A stretch of 64,000 nt of DNA from Aggregatilineales bacterium (GTDB taxonomy: Bacteria; Chloroflexota; Anaerolineae; Aggregatilineales; Phototrophicaceae), in assembly GCA_965214515.1 (NCBI GenBank), contig OZ243955.1, positions 2,657,773-2,721,772 of the forward strand, written 5' to 3'. Shown piece after piece: positions 18,213 through 26,715 of the stretch. The position numbers were made by a program, and so were the translations under genes. How positions within the stretch are numbered: the stretch's first letter is position 1; each line of letters begins with the position of its first letter. The notes below the pieces were generated by a model. That model was not told the origin of the DNA and searched no databases. It saw only the letters and a program-made list of their open reading frames with translations.

Positions 18213-19948
18213 ACCAGGAGAGCGGTTTCGTCACCATTCAGGCGCAGCTGAGGCGGCTGAAGGGGCGCACAGAAGAAGTGAAAAAGCTGCTGGAACAGCA
18301 GCAGCGGCTTCTTCGGCGGCGCGGAATCAGACTGCCTGCCAGCGCGATTGACGGCTTGTGGTCGCTGCGCGGCAGCATTGACAGGCTGTCGCTGGGGCTG
18401 GTGGATTCCCAGATGCAGCTTCAGCAGCTTCGGCGGCTGGCGGAAACCAGCGCCTTAATCAACTCGGCGCAGGAGACTGGCCAAGTTCTCAATCAGGTGA
18501 TGGAAACCGTGATTCAGCTGACACAGGCGGAACGCGGTTATATTGTGCTAAAGAACCGCGACAGCGGCGAACTGGAGTTTCGGGTTGCCCGCGGCCTGAG
18601 CGCTGAGGAGAGCGCCATCGGCGGGCGAATTGTCAGTTGGTCAATCATCAATCGGGTAGCGGAAAGCGGCGAGCCGCTGCTGACGGTCAATGCCGGCGCT
18701 GATGACAACATCAGCCACAGCGAGAGCATCGTTGGTTTCTCCTTGCTGAGCATTCTGGCAGTGCCTTTGATTGTCCGCGATGAGGTGATTGGCGTTGCTT
18801 ATTGTGACAATCGGGTGATGGCGGGCCTGTTCGGGGAGAACGAACTCGAGCTGCTCACCAGCTTTGGACAGCAGGCGGCGGTGGCGATTGAAAACGCCCG
18901 CCTGTTTGAGGACATTCGGGCGCAGCTGGCGCTGATGGAGGCGATGCAAATTCGGCTGTCCAACATCTTCGCTTCGATTGGTTCGGGTGTGATTACCATC
19001 AACGGGGATAATGATGTGATTGTGTGCAACGAAGCGGCCGAGATCATCATCGGCGGCTGTCGTTCGGTGGGACGCCCCTTGCGAGAGGCGCTGCCCCGGA
19101 TGACCGAGGGCTTCTATGATTGCATCGAAGAGGTGCGTGCCGAGCGGATGCAGCAGATGTGGCTGGAGAAATTTGTACATCGTGGCCGCCAGAATTATTG
19201 GCAGGTGGTCGCCAGCCCATTGCGCAGCGAAGACCAGGTCAATCGCGGGATTGCGCTGGTCATTGATGATTTGACCGAACGCAAGGAGCAGGAAGAGCAG
19301 CGCCGTCTGCTGGGGACCTTTGTCCTTGAGGCGCTGATAGAGAATATCGATTCCATCAGAGAAATAGATACCAGCCCGACCGAACGCACGGTTTCTGCGA
19401 TGTTTGCCGACCTGCGCGGTTTTACGACCTTCAGTGAATATCTTCAGCCGGAAGCATTGATGAAAATCGTCAATCGCTATTTGGGCGCGGCGAGCGATGC
19501 GATGACATCTTGCGGCGGCATCGTGGACAAGTATCTGGGGGATGCGGTCACTGGCTTGTGGAACACCCAACTCAACCCGCAGGAGGAACACGCGGTGCGG
19601 GCAGTGCGGGCGGCGCAGGCGATTGTCGCTGCGGTGGATGGGCTGAACCAGGCGCTTGAGCCTGAGGAGCGACTCTATTTTGGCATCGGGGTTCATACTG
19701 GTCCCGCCGTTCTGGGGATGGTGGGCGGCGCCAGCCGCATTGAATTTGCCGCGCTGGGCGAGGCGACCGATGATTGCAAATTCTTGCAGGAAAATGCGCA
19801 GCCGGGCGAGATTGTCATCAGCGCCGAGACGTATGAACGGGTGAGACATCGCTTCGAAGCTGAAGCGATGAGGCCCAAAAAGATGAAAGCCGGCTTTGAG
19901 CGTCATGCGCGGGTGTATCGGGTCGGCAAGCGCCAACACGCGCCATGA
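18209..19948 (+). CDS. Coiled-coil / GAF / PAS / class III nucleotidyl cyclase protein (paralog 2; Asn/Arg positions replaced)
   Basis: Same architecture as the upstream gene, with an ATGA start/stop overlap. The cyclase motifs are MFADLRGFT and DKYLGDAV (both metal Asp present) but GEATDDCKFLQ in place of GDTVNxAxR. Confidence 0.85.
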   Translation: MNQESGFVTIQAQLRRLKGRTEEVKKLLEQQQRLLRRRGIRLPASAIDGLWSLRGSIDRLSLGLVDSQMQLQQLRRLAETSALINSAQETGQVLNQVMETVIQLTQAERGYIVLKNRDSGELEFRVARGLSAEESAIGGRIVSWSIINRVAESGEPLLTVNAGADDNISHSESIVGFSLLSILAVPLIVRDEVIGVAYCDNRVMAGLFGENELELLTSFGQQAAVAIENARLFEDIRAQLALMEAMQIRLSNIFASIGSGVITINGDNDVIVCNEAAEIIIGGCRSVGRPLREALPRMTEGFYDCIEEVRAERMQQMWLEKFVHRGRQNYWQVVASPLRSEDQVNRGIALVIDDLTERKEQEEQRRLLGTFVLEALIENIDSIREIDTSPTERTVSAMFADLRGFTTFSEYLQPEALMKIVNRYLGAASDAMTSCGGIVDKYLGDAVTGLWNTQLNPQEEHAVRAVRAAQAIVAAVDGLNQALEPEERLYFGIGVHTGPAVLGMVGGASRIEFAALGEATDDCKFLQENAQPGEIVISAETYERVRHRFEAEAMRPKKMKAGFERHARVYRVGKRQHAP

Positions 19949-20031
19949 GGCTGCATCTCGACCTCGAATCGGCGGCTGAAAAGCGGTATGATTATGGCCG
20001 AGTGTGTATCCTGTCGGTGCGGGAGAGACCC

Positions 20032-20193
20032 ATGCAACCCAATCCACTTTTTGCCATCGGCATCATTATCGGGCTGACAATCGGCATCTTTCTGGGCATT
20101 GGCATGGGTAACGTCGCCTTGGGGATGCCGGCTGGCGCGATGCTGGGTTTGCTTATCGGTTTGCTGATGGTAAAATCGGGCAGCGACCAGTAA
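20032..20193 (+). CDS. Small glycine-zipper membrane protein
   Basis: 53 aa, MQPNPLFAIGIIIGLTIGIFLGIGMGNVALGMPAGAMLGLLIGLLMV, with GGGAGAG upstream. The longer track ORF from 19945 has a non-hydrophobic leader. Confidence 0.45.
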   Translation: MQPNPLFAIGIIIGLTIGIFLGIGMGNVALGMPAGAMLGLLIGLLMVKSGSDQ

Positions 20194-20226
20194 GAGCGTT
20201 CCGCTTCACAGCCTGACGGTTATTCA

Positions 20227-21273
20227 GTGGCAAACGGGAGTGAAAGTATGCAGTCCAACAGTCAGGCATCCGAACAGTCGCCCCATGTCATCAGAACCCT
20301 GGGGCTGGCGCTGATTGCCGTTGTGGTGCTGGCTGGCATCATTTTTCAGGCGCTTCGTTCTGGCAGCGATTTGCCCTTGCTTGCGAGCGTCTTTGCCACG
20401 CGCTTTCTGGGCATCTTTGTCGAGGCGGTGCCATTTCTTCTGCTGGGTTCAATCACCTCTGGCTTGATTGAGATTTTCGTCAAGACCGAAGACGTCCTGC
20501 GCTGGCTGCCCAAAAATCAGTTGGGCGCGGCGCTTGGCGGGACCTTCCTCGGGCTTGCCTTTCCCGTCTGTGAATGTGGCGTGGTGCCGGTGACCCGCCG
20601 TTTATTCACCAAGGGCCTGCCCATTTCGATGGGCATTGCCTTTTTGCTGGCGGCGCCCTTTATGAACCCGATTGTGTTTGCCAGCACTTATATTGCCTTT
20701 GGATTCGGGCCGGTGCTTATCGGGCGTTTTGTCATCACGGCGCTGGTCGCTGTCACGGTTGGCATGGTGATTGGCGCGTTTGCCAAACCCGAAGAGGTGC
20801 TTAAACCCCAATCCATGCAGCCACTCGGCGGCGCCCAGCCCAAGCCGCCCGCGGTGCCGCTGCGGAGTCAATTCCTGCAGGCCTTCCATATCGCTGGTGA
20901 CGAATTTTTTGAGATGGGACGGTTTCTGATTATCGGTTCGGCTTTGGCGGCGCTGATGCAAACCATCGTCCCGCAGGAAAGCCTGCTGGCATTGGGGACG
21001 GGGCCGGTGTTCTCGGTGATGTTTATGCAGATTTTGGCATATATTCTCAGTGTCTGTTCGACTGTGGACAGCTTTCTGGCGCTGGCCTTTGTCAATACCT
21101 TCACCACTGGCGCGATTGTCAGTTTCCTGAGCTTTGGGCCGATGGTCGATATTAAAAGCACGTTGATGTTTAGCGGTGTCTTTCGGCGCAAAATTGTGAT
21201 GTATTTGATTCTCTTGCCCTTTGTGATGAACTTGCTGGCGGGGGTTTTAATCAATGCCGCCCTGGCGTACTGA
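20227..21273 (+). CDS. COG0701-type permease (ArsP/YraQ-like)
   Basis: [17 protein letters not shown]-terminal motif, a CECGVVPV motif, and 8-10 TM segments. Confidence 0.8.
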   Translation: MANGSESMQSNSQASEQSPHVIRTLGLALIAVVVLAGIIFQALRSGSDLPLLASVFATRFLGIFVEAVPFLLLGSITSGLIEIFVKTEDVLRWLPKNQLGAALGGTFLGLAFPVCECGVVPVTRRLFTKGLPISMGIAFLLAAPFMNPIVFASTYIAFGFGPVLIGRFVITALVAVTVGMVIGAFAKPEEVLKPQSMQPLGGAQPKPPAVPLRSQFLQAFHIAGDEFFEMGRFLIIGSALAALMQTIVPQESLLALGTGPVFSVMFMQILAYILSVCSTVDSFLALAFVNTFTTGAIVSFLSFGPMVDIKSTLMFSGVFRRKIVMYLILLPFVMNLLAGVLINAALAY

Positions 21274-21302
21274 GAGTCAGCGAGGATGGGAGCGCGAATA
21301 AA

Positions 21303-22070
21303 TTGATACCCAAAGCCAAAGGCGAATCCCGAAGGCAAGTGGACTGGCGTGGCTGCGCCAAGTCGTCAATTCTGCTGGGCATGGGCAGCTATCTGGCCCT
21401 TTTGATTGCGACTGGTCATTTGACCAACTACATTAACCTGCGCTTTGCCTGGCTGGCTTATCTGGCGGCGGCCATCTTTTTCCTGCTGGGTCTGGTCAGC
21501 CTGTACGACCTGCTTCATCCCCAGCATGACGAGCCATCCGAACACCAGCCGCATTCGGGCCATAGCTGTCACATCACCTGGGGGATGCTGGCGGTGACGG
21601 CTTTTCCCTTGATGCTGGCGGTCTTGATTCCCTCGCGCCCGTTGGGCATCGAAGCGGTCAATGGCGGCATCAGCCTGAATCCGGTGGGCGTCGATACCGC
21701 CACCGCCTTTACCCGCAATCCGCTTGACCGCAACATTCTGGATTGGCTGCGCCAGTTCAACCGCATTCAAAGGCCAGCCGAGCTCAACGGCCAGCCGGTG
21801 GATGTGATTGGTTTTGTCTATCGGGAGCCGAGTTTCCCCGAGGATGAGTTGATGGTGTCGCGCTTTACCATGAGCTGCTGCGTCGCTGATGCCTACCCGA
21901 TTGGCTTGCCAGTGCGCTCCGAATCGGCCGACACATTCACCGCTGGCCGCTGGGTGCGGGTGCAGGGAAAACTCAAGGCGAGTCATTTTGGCGCGGATTA
22001 TCTGCCAGTCGTCGAAGCTGACCACATCGAGATTGTCGAAGAACCCGCCCAGGCCTATCTCTATCCCTAA
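21303..22070 (+). CDS. TIGR03943 (DUF1980) family two-TM protein, usual partner of COG0701 permeases
   Basis: Two N-terminal TM helices, a His-rich loop (HPQHDEPSEHQPHSGHSCH) and the C-terminal RFTMSCCVADA motif. The start is uncertain (TTG 21303 or GTG 21339). Confidence 0.7.
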   Translation: MIPKAKGESRRQVDWRGCAKSSILLGMGSYLALLIATGHLTNYINLRFAWLAYLAAAIFFLLGLVSLYDLLHPQHDEPSEHQPHSGHSCHITWGMLAVTAFPLMLAVLIPSRPLGIEAVNGGISLNPVGVDTATAFTRNPLDRNILDWLRQFNRIQRPAELNGQPVDVIGFVYREPSFPEDELMVSRFTMSCCVADAYPIGLPVRSESADTFTAGRWVRVQGKLKASHFGADYLPVVEADHIEIVEEPAQAYLYP

Positions 22071-22071
22071 T

Positions 22072-23223
22072 ATGAGCAGGTATGATGGTGACATGATGAA
22101 GTTAGCCAAACTGGATGCCGCTGTGATGCTTATCGCTGTGTTCTGCCTGATTGCAGTGGTCATCGTCGGCTTTGTCAGCGACCCTGCCAGACAGTCACCG
22201 CGCGTTGCCTATCTTTATCCAGCGATGGCTGGCATCCAAAACGTCTGGATGACAGCCATTGACCAGCCCGAAGAGCAGCAGCAAGTGACCTTCAGTGAAT
22301 CTGGCGTCTACGATTTTGACTTCAGCCCTGATGGCCGCTGGCTGGCATTTGCCGAACGGACGCGGCAGGCAACTGTGACCCTGCGCCTGCTGGATATTCC
22401 CAACCGCCGCCTGATTGATTTGGTCGATTGCGCTGCGCTGAATGCCTATTGCACCGCCCCGGTCTTCAGCCCCGATGGCAGCAAACTGGCCTACCAGCGT
22501 GCTGAATCCAACAATGGGCGTTATGGCCTGTCGCGCATCTGGCTGGTCGATATGACGAGCGCGACTTATGAGACTATCCCGCTCATTGCCGATAGCCAGG
22601 TGGTGGGGCATACGGCTGTTTGGGCGCAGGACAGCAACACCATCGCTTTCTACAGCGCCGATGCCCTCCAGCCCGGCATCCTGATATTTGACTTCGTGCC
22701 ACGCCAGGATGATGCGGCGCAACTGCGGTTTATCCCCTCATCGCATGGCACCATGGGGACGCTGGCTCCCAATGGTCAGGCGGTCATCTTCCCCGAGATT
22801 GTCCGCCGCAGCGAGCGGCTCTTCAGCCATCTGCGCCTTGCCGACCTGCTGGACAAGGAGTTTGCCGCCTTCACCGACCCGCAGGGCCCGACCGATGATG
22901 TCGCCGCTCAATGGAGCCCGGATGGCGAGACGATTGCCTTCGCGCGGCGTTATACCGACGAACGCTGGACGAAAGGTCATCAACTCTATATCCGCCCTGT
23001 CTCCGCAGCCAGCGAGGACCTGCGGCCGATTGCCTACGACGAGGACTACAACACCTCTTATTTTCGCTGGAATCCGACTGGGGTTCGGCTGGTGATGCAG
23101 CGCTTCCCGCTCGGCAATCAAGACGGGAATGCCAGCCCCGAAATCTGGGTTCACGACTTTGAAAGCGGCGCGACAACCCAAATCATTGCCGATGCTTACC
23201 TGCCGCAGTGGGTCACGGACTGA
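22072..23223 (+). CDS. Membrane-anchored TolB-like (PD40/WD40-like) beta-propeller protein
   Basis: N-terminal TM helix and repeated FSPDGRWLAF / FSPDGSKLAY / WSPDGETIAF blades. Start taken at the ATG at 22072, just after the stop of the upstream gene; the track ORF from 21889 overlaps that gene. Confidence 0.75.
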   Translation: MSRYDGDMMKLAKLDAAVMLIAVFCLIAVVIVGFVSDPARQSPRVAYLYPAMAGIQNVWMTAIDQPEEQQQVTFSESGVYDFDFSPDGRWLAFAERTRQATVTLRLLDIPNRRLIDLVDCAALNAYCTAPVFSPDGSKLAYQRAESNNGRYGLSRIWLVDMTSATYETIPLIADSQVVGHTAVWAQDSNTIAFYSADALQPGILIFDFVPRQDDAAQLRFIPSSHGTMGTLAPNGQAVIFPEIVRRSERLFSHLRLADLLDKEFAAFTDPQGPTDDVAAQWSPDGETIAFARRYTDERWTKGHQLYIRPVSAASEDLRPIAYDEDYNTSYFRWNPTGVRLVMQRFPLGNQDGNASPEIWVHDFESGATTQIIADAYLPQWVTD

Positions 23224-23236
23224 TAAAACGCTGTCG

Positions 23237-23264
23237 TGTTATTTCCCGGCTGTCACGCTATAAT
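23237..23264 (+). promoter_or_regulatory. Putative promoter upstream of recF (TGTTAT - 16 nt - TATAAT)
   Basis: Exact TATAAT at 23259-23264, 36 nt upstream of the recF ATG, with a weak -35 element. Confidence 0.3.
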
Positions 23265-23299
23265 ACGAGGCCGATTGCAGGCAATCCGTCAGGGCATCC

Positions 23300-24511
23300 A
23301 TGCAGATTGACCATCTCTCGTTGACCAACTTTCGCAATTATGCGCGGCTGGAATTCAGCCTGCCGGCCAACAAGCCGATTGTCCTGTGCGGCGACAATGC
23401 CCAGGGCAAGACCAGCGCACTGGAAGCGATTTATTACCTCGCCACCTCCCAATCGCCCTATACCACCAGCGACCGCCAGCTTATCCACTGGCGCACCGAA
23501 GGCGACCCGATTCCCTTTGCCCGCCTGTCTGCCGAACTTAGCAATATGAACAGCCGCTATCACAAGCTCGATATTACGCTCATGCTGGATATGACCAGCG
23601 GCTCGCCTCGTTTCAGGAAATCCATCAAGCTGAACAATGTCGATAAGCGGGTCATGGATGTCCTGGGTCTGCTCAGTGTTGTGCTGTTTGTGCCGCAGGA
23701 CCTCGCGCTGGTCGAAGGCTCACCGAAGGACCGCCGCCGCTTTATGAATACCACCCTGACACAGGTCAGCCTTGATTATCTGCTGGCGCTGAACGAGTAT
23801 GACAAACTGCTGCCACAGCGCAACGCCCTGCTGAAGCGCATCGCCGAAAAGCGGGCCAATCTGGCTGAACTGGAGTTCTGGGACGAAAAGCTGGCGGACA
23901 GCGGCGCGGTGATTATCGCTGGGCGGCAGAGGTTCCTGCGTGAGCTTGAAATCAAGGCACGCGATACCCATCATGCGCTCACGGGCGGGCGCGAAACGCT
24001 TCACCTGAAGTATCTGCCGAATGTCATGCTAACCGCCGCCGACAGCCGACAGCTTTCATTTGATGTACTCGGGCTGGACTTGAACCGTCAGCTGATGCCA
24101 GAGGAAATCAAACCGCAATTCCTCCAGCACCTCAACGAAAGACAGCGCGAATCCATTCAGCGGGGCATCACCCTGTCCGGCCCCCACCGTGATGAACTGC
24201 GTCTGTTCATCAACGAGCGCGACACGGGTTTGTATGGCAGTCGGGGGCAGGCACGCACGGCGGTGATGGCGCTTAAATTTGCCGAATTGGAATGGATGCG
24301 CGACCAGATTGGCGAATATCCGCTTTTCCTGCTCGACGAGGTCGTTGCCGAGTTGGATAGCAAGCGGCGCACCTTTCTGCTGGAACGGCTGGATGGGCAG
24401 GCGCAAACCCTGGTGACCACGACCGAACTTGAAATTTTTTCGTCCGCTTTTTTGGAACGGGCCCTGGTCTTCAAAGTGGTCAATGGTCAGGTTGACTTGG
24501 CTGGCGCTTAA
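23300..24511 (+). CDS. recF: DNA replication and repair protein RecF
   Basis: LTNFRNY N-terminus, Walker A GDNAQGKTS, and the recF signature LSGPHRDEL. Confidence 0.92.
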   Translation: MQIDHLSLTNFRNYARLEFSLPANKPIVLCGDNAQGKTSALEAIYYLATSQSPYTTSDRQLIHWRTEGDPIPFARLSAELSNMNSRYHKLDITLMLDMTSGSPRFRKSIKLNNVDKRVMDVLGLLSVVLFVPQDLALVEGSPKDRRRFMNTTLTQVSLDYLLALNEYDKLLPQRNALLKRIAEKRANLAELEFWDEKLADSGAVIIAGRQRFLRELEIKARDTHHALTGGRETLHLKYLPNVMLTAADSRQLSFDVLGLDLNRQLMPEEIKPQFLQHLNERQRESIQRGITLSGPHRDELRLFINERDTGLYGSRGQARTAVMALKFAELEWMRDQIGEYPLFLLDEVVAELDSKRRTFLLERLDGQAQTLVTTTELEIFSSAFLERALVFKVVNGQVDLAGA

Positions 24512-25311
24512 CCCGTCGGGGGCGGCTGGATGGCTGCTGGAAATGCCTGAAGCGCAACTCGGTGACGAATCTTGGCTGTGGCTTCCAATGGGACAATCGA
24601 CAGCTGTATCGGCAGCTTGGCGCCGCGGGGTATCATCTGTGGCAGGTCGGCGGCGCGATAGCCGATAATCGCCCCGTCCTCGTTTTCGAGCATGACAATC
24701 AGCCGCGCGTCCCGGGCATCCGAGGCGGTTGTGTTTTCCAAGTGTGCCGTCAGCAGATAGCGGCTGTCATCCAGATGATAGCTCGCCTGCATATTGGTCA
24801 GGCTCAAAGCCAAGTTCGGCTGCGCCGAGAGTTGGGCGCTGGCCACCTTGATTTGCAGATAAGCTGTTTTCGGCCGGCCATGCGGCACTTGAATCCGATA
24901 GGCTGCCTGTTCATCCTGGCTGACGCGATGCTGCTCGAGTGTCAATAGCTCTTGCCCCTGCAAGCTGCCGTCCCGGCCCAGGTATCGCACTTGCAAGCTG
25001 ATGTCGCCAACATCGCCATCCGTCTGATTGTGGACAGCGCCGAGGCAGGTCACCTGTCTGGCGCTGGGTTCATAGCAGCGTGGCGGCAATATCCGAATCC
25101 CCTCCAGACCGACGTTCGCAGGCAGGATGGTTGCGGCCGGCAAAGCATCAGAGTTTATCCGCGTGACAAACTGCGGGCTGTAAGTGGTGAGCGTTACAGT
25201 CGGGAACAGCGTCGAAGAAAGGGTTGGCTTCGGTTTGCGGGGCGGGCTGCAAGCAATAAAAACGATAATCACCGCCAGGAAGGAAAGTGCAAGCAGAATT
25301 TCAAGGCGCAT
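24508..25311 (-). CDS. Lipoprotein / secreted protein, function unknown
   Basis: Signal peptide with a Cys (LAVIIVFIAC) and a beta-rich body. The 3' end overlaps recF convergently by 4 nt. Confidence 0.55.
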   Translation of the reverse strand: MRLEILLALSFLAVIIVFIACSPPRKPKPTLSSTLFPTVTLTTYSPQFVTRINSDALPAATILPANVGLEGIRILPPRCYEPSARQVTCLGAVHNQTDGDVGDISLQVRYLGRDGSLQGQELLTLEQHRVSQDEQAAYRIQVPHGRPKTAYLQIKVASAQLSAQPNLALSLTNMQASYHLDDSRYLLTAHLENTTASDARDARLIVMLENEDGAIIGYRAADLPQMIPRGAKLPIQLSIVPLEATAKIRHRVALQAFPAAIQPPPTG

Positions 25312-25544
25312 CGGGTGAGTTTATTCCTGTTCTTTGACTGCCTGCATCCCATTATAACCTGTTTCAACATAAATGCGCTGTGAAAAGGGGCTGAATCCGC
25401 CAAATTGCCAAGGGGCAAGATACCAACGCACAACCAACATTTTCCTATTGAAAATCTATCCTCAAGCGCGTCCATTCAGTCGCCTTTTAGGCGAACAGAT
25501 GTGCTAGCCTAGAGAAACATTTAGTGATAAAGGAGGGATTTGCA

Positions 25545-26054
25545 GTGGCATGGACGACACCCAAGACCTGGACCAGCGAACCGCTGACGTCCATCGATTT
25601 GAACGCTCAGCTTCGGGACAATCAAAATCACCTGAAGGACCGCCTGGATAGCAGCGCGAGCAGGATTGTCAATCATTCTGGCAATTATACGACCACATCG
25701 ACCTCTTTCGTGGATGTGGATGCAACCAACCTGTCATTGACGCTGACGACGCATGGCGGCGATGTGCTGCTTGGCTTGACGGCGGCAGCTTATCAGCAGA
25801 CGCACGGCGCCAGCGTCTTTTTCAATATCGCGGTGGATTCGGTGGATTATTTTGCCGACAACGGCATCGCACGAATGACAGTCGCCAATTCGGGTGACAT
25901 CTATCGGCATAAACCTCTCTGCTTGGTTGTCCTGATTCCGGGTTTGAGCGCGGGCAGCCACACTTTCAAACTGCGCTGGAAGGTCTCGAATAACAGCACG
26001 GCAGTCATCGAGACAGACAGCCTGCATCCACAATTTTGGGTTAAGGAGCTTTAG
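25545..26054 (+). CDS. Hypothetical beta-sandwich protein with a phage minor-tail/tail-fibre-like N-terminal motif
   Basis: AAGGAGGG lies 8 nt upstream of the GTG at 25545. The N-terminus WTTPKTWTSEPLTSIDLNAQLRDNQNHL matches the W..P.TW....LT...LN..hRDN...L motif seen in phage tail proteins. Confidence 0.5.
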   Translation: MAWTTPKTWTSEPLTSIDLNAQLRDNQNHLKDRLDSSASRIVNHSGNYTTTSTSFVDVDATNLSLTLTTHGGDVLLGLTAAAYQQTHGASVFFNIAVDSVDYFADNGIARMTVANSGDIYRHKPLCLVVLIPGLSAGSHTFKLRWKVSNNSTAVIETDSLHPQFWVKEL

Positions 26055-26058
26055 CATT

Positions 26059-26283
26059 ATGATGGGATTTGAGGAGATTTTCCAACTTTTGATTCTGGCG
26101 GCGCTGGTGCTGCTGTATCGGTGGTCGCATCGCAGCTTTCCGCCCCAGCAAACCGCCGAGCTTATCCACAAGCTAAGCCAAGCCAGCCGGCGCACCGAGA
26201 CCCGCCTGGATGACCTGCTGGTCGAAATCGCGCGGGCGCTTAATGAATTGCGCCAGGAAGAAAGCGAACCGTCAGACCCGTAA
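26059..26283 (+). CDS. Small single-pass membrane protein
   Basis: 74 aa, starting 4 nt after the previous stop. It has one TM helix (IFQLLILAALVLLY) and a charged helical tail. Confidence 0.4.
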   Translation: MMGFEEIFQLLILAALVLLYRWSHRSFPPQQTAELIHKLSQASRRTETRLDDLLVEIARALNELRQEESEPSDP

Positions 26284-26308
26284 TCCGCCTTAGCCTCAAC
26301 GCGCAAAA

Positions 26309-26620
26309 CTATGCGGGCGGACTTTCATCATCGGCAGCATAAGGGTTCTGTCCCAGCCTGCTGCCTCTGCGAATATCTTGTTGCCAGGGCTTCCTGGCAA
26401 CTCCCCGATAGCCCATCTCGCGCAGCCGTGCCACCTCCAGCCGCTCCAACTCGGCTGCGACCGCTTCGTAGTCGCCTTTTGGAATAGGCGAATCGCGCTC
26501 CTGGTCATCACGATAGACATAACCCACACCCACACACCAGTCGCAATCTTCGGCCTGCCCCGAAAGGTCATCCTCGAACCAGCCAAATCCGCTACAGGAT
26601 TCACACCGTACAATCTTCAT
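26309..26620 (-). CDS. Small DnaJ-type zinc-finger (2x CxxCxGxG) protein
   Basis: CESCSGFG and CDWCVGVG motifs. Start taken at MKIVRCE (26620), since the longer track ORF overlaps the start of the divergent gene. Confidence 0.5.
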   Translation of the reverse strand: MKIVRCESCSGFGWFEDDLSGQAEDCDWCVGVGYVYRDDQERDSPIPKGDYEAVAAELERLEVARLREMGYRGVARKPWQQDIRRGSRLGQNPYAADDESPPA

Positions 26621-26715
26621 CCCGGATTCCCCGTTCGCAGCTTTCAATCTCATTCTACCCGTTCTGTCTGCCGAAATGAGGCTGTCGCCTTGAATAATTG
26701 CTGTTATAATGCGCC

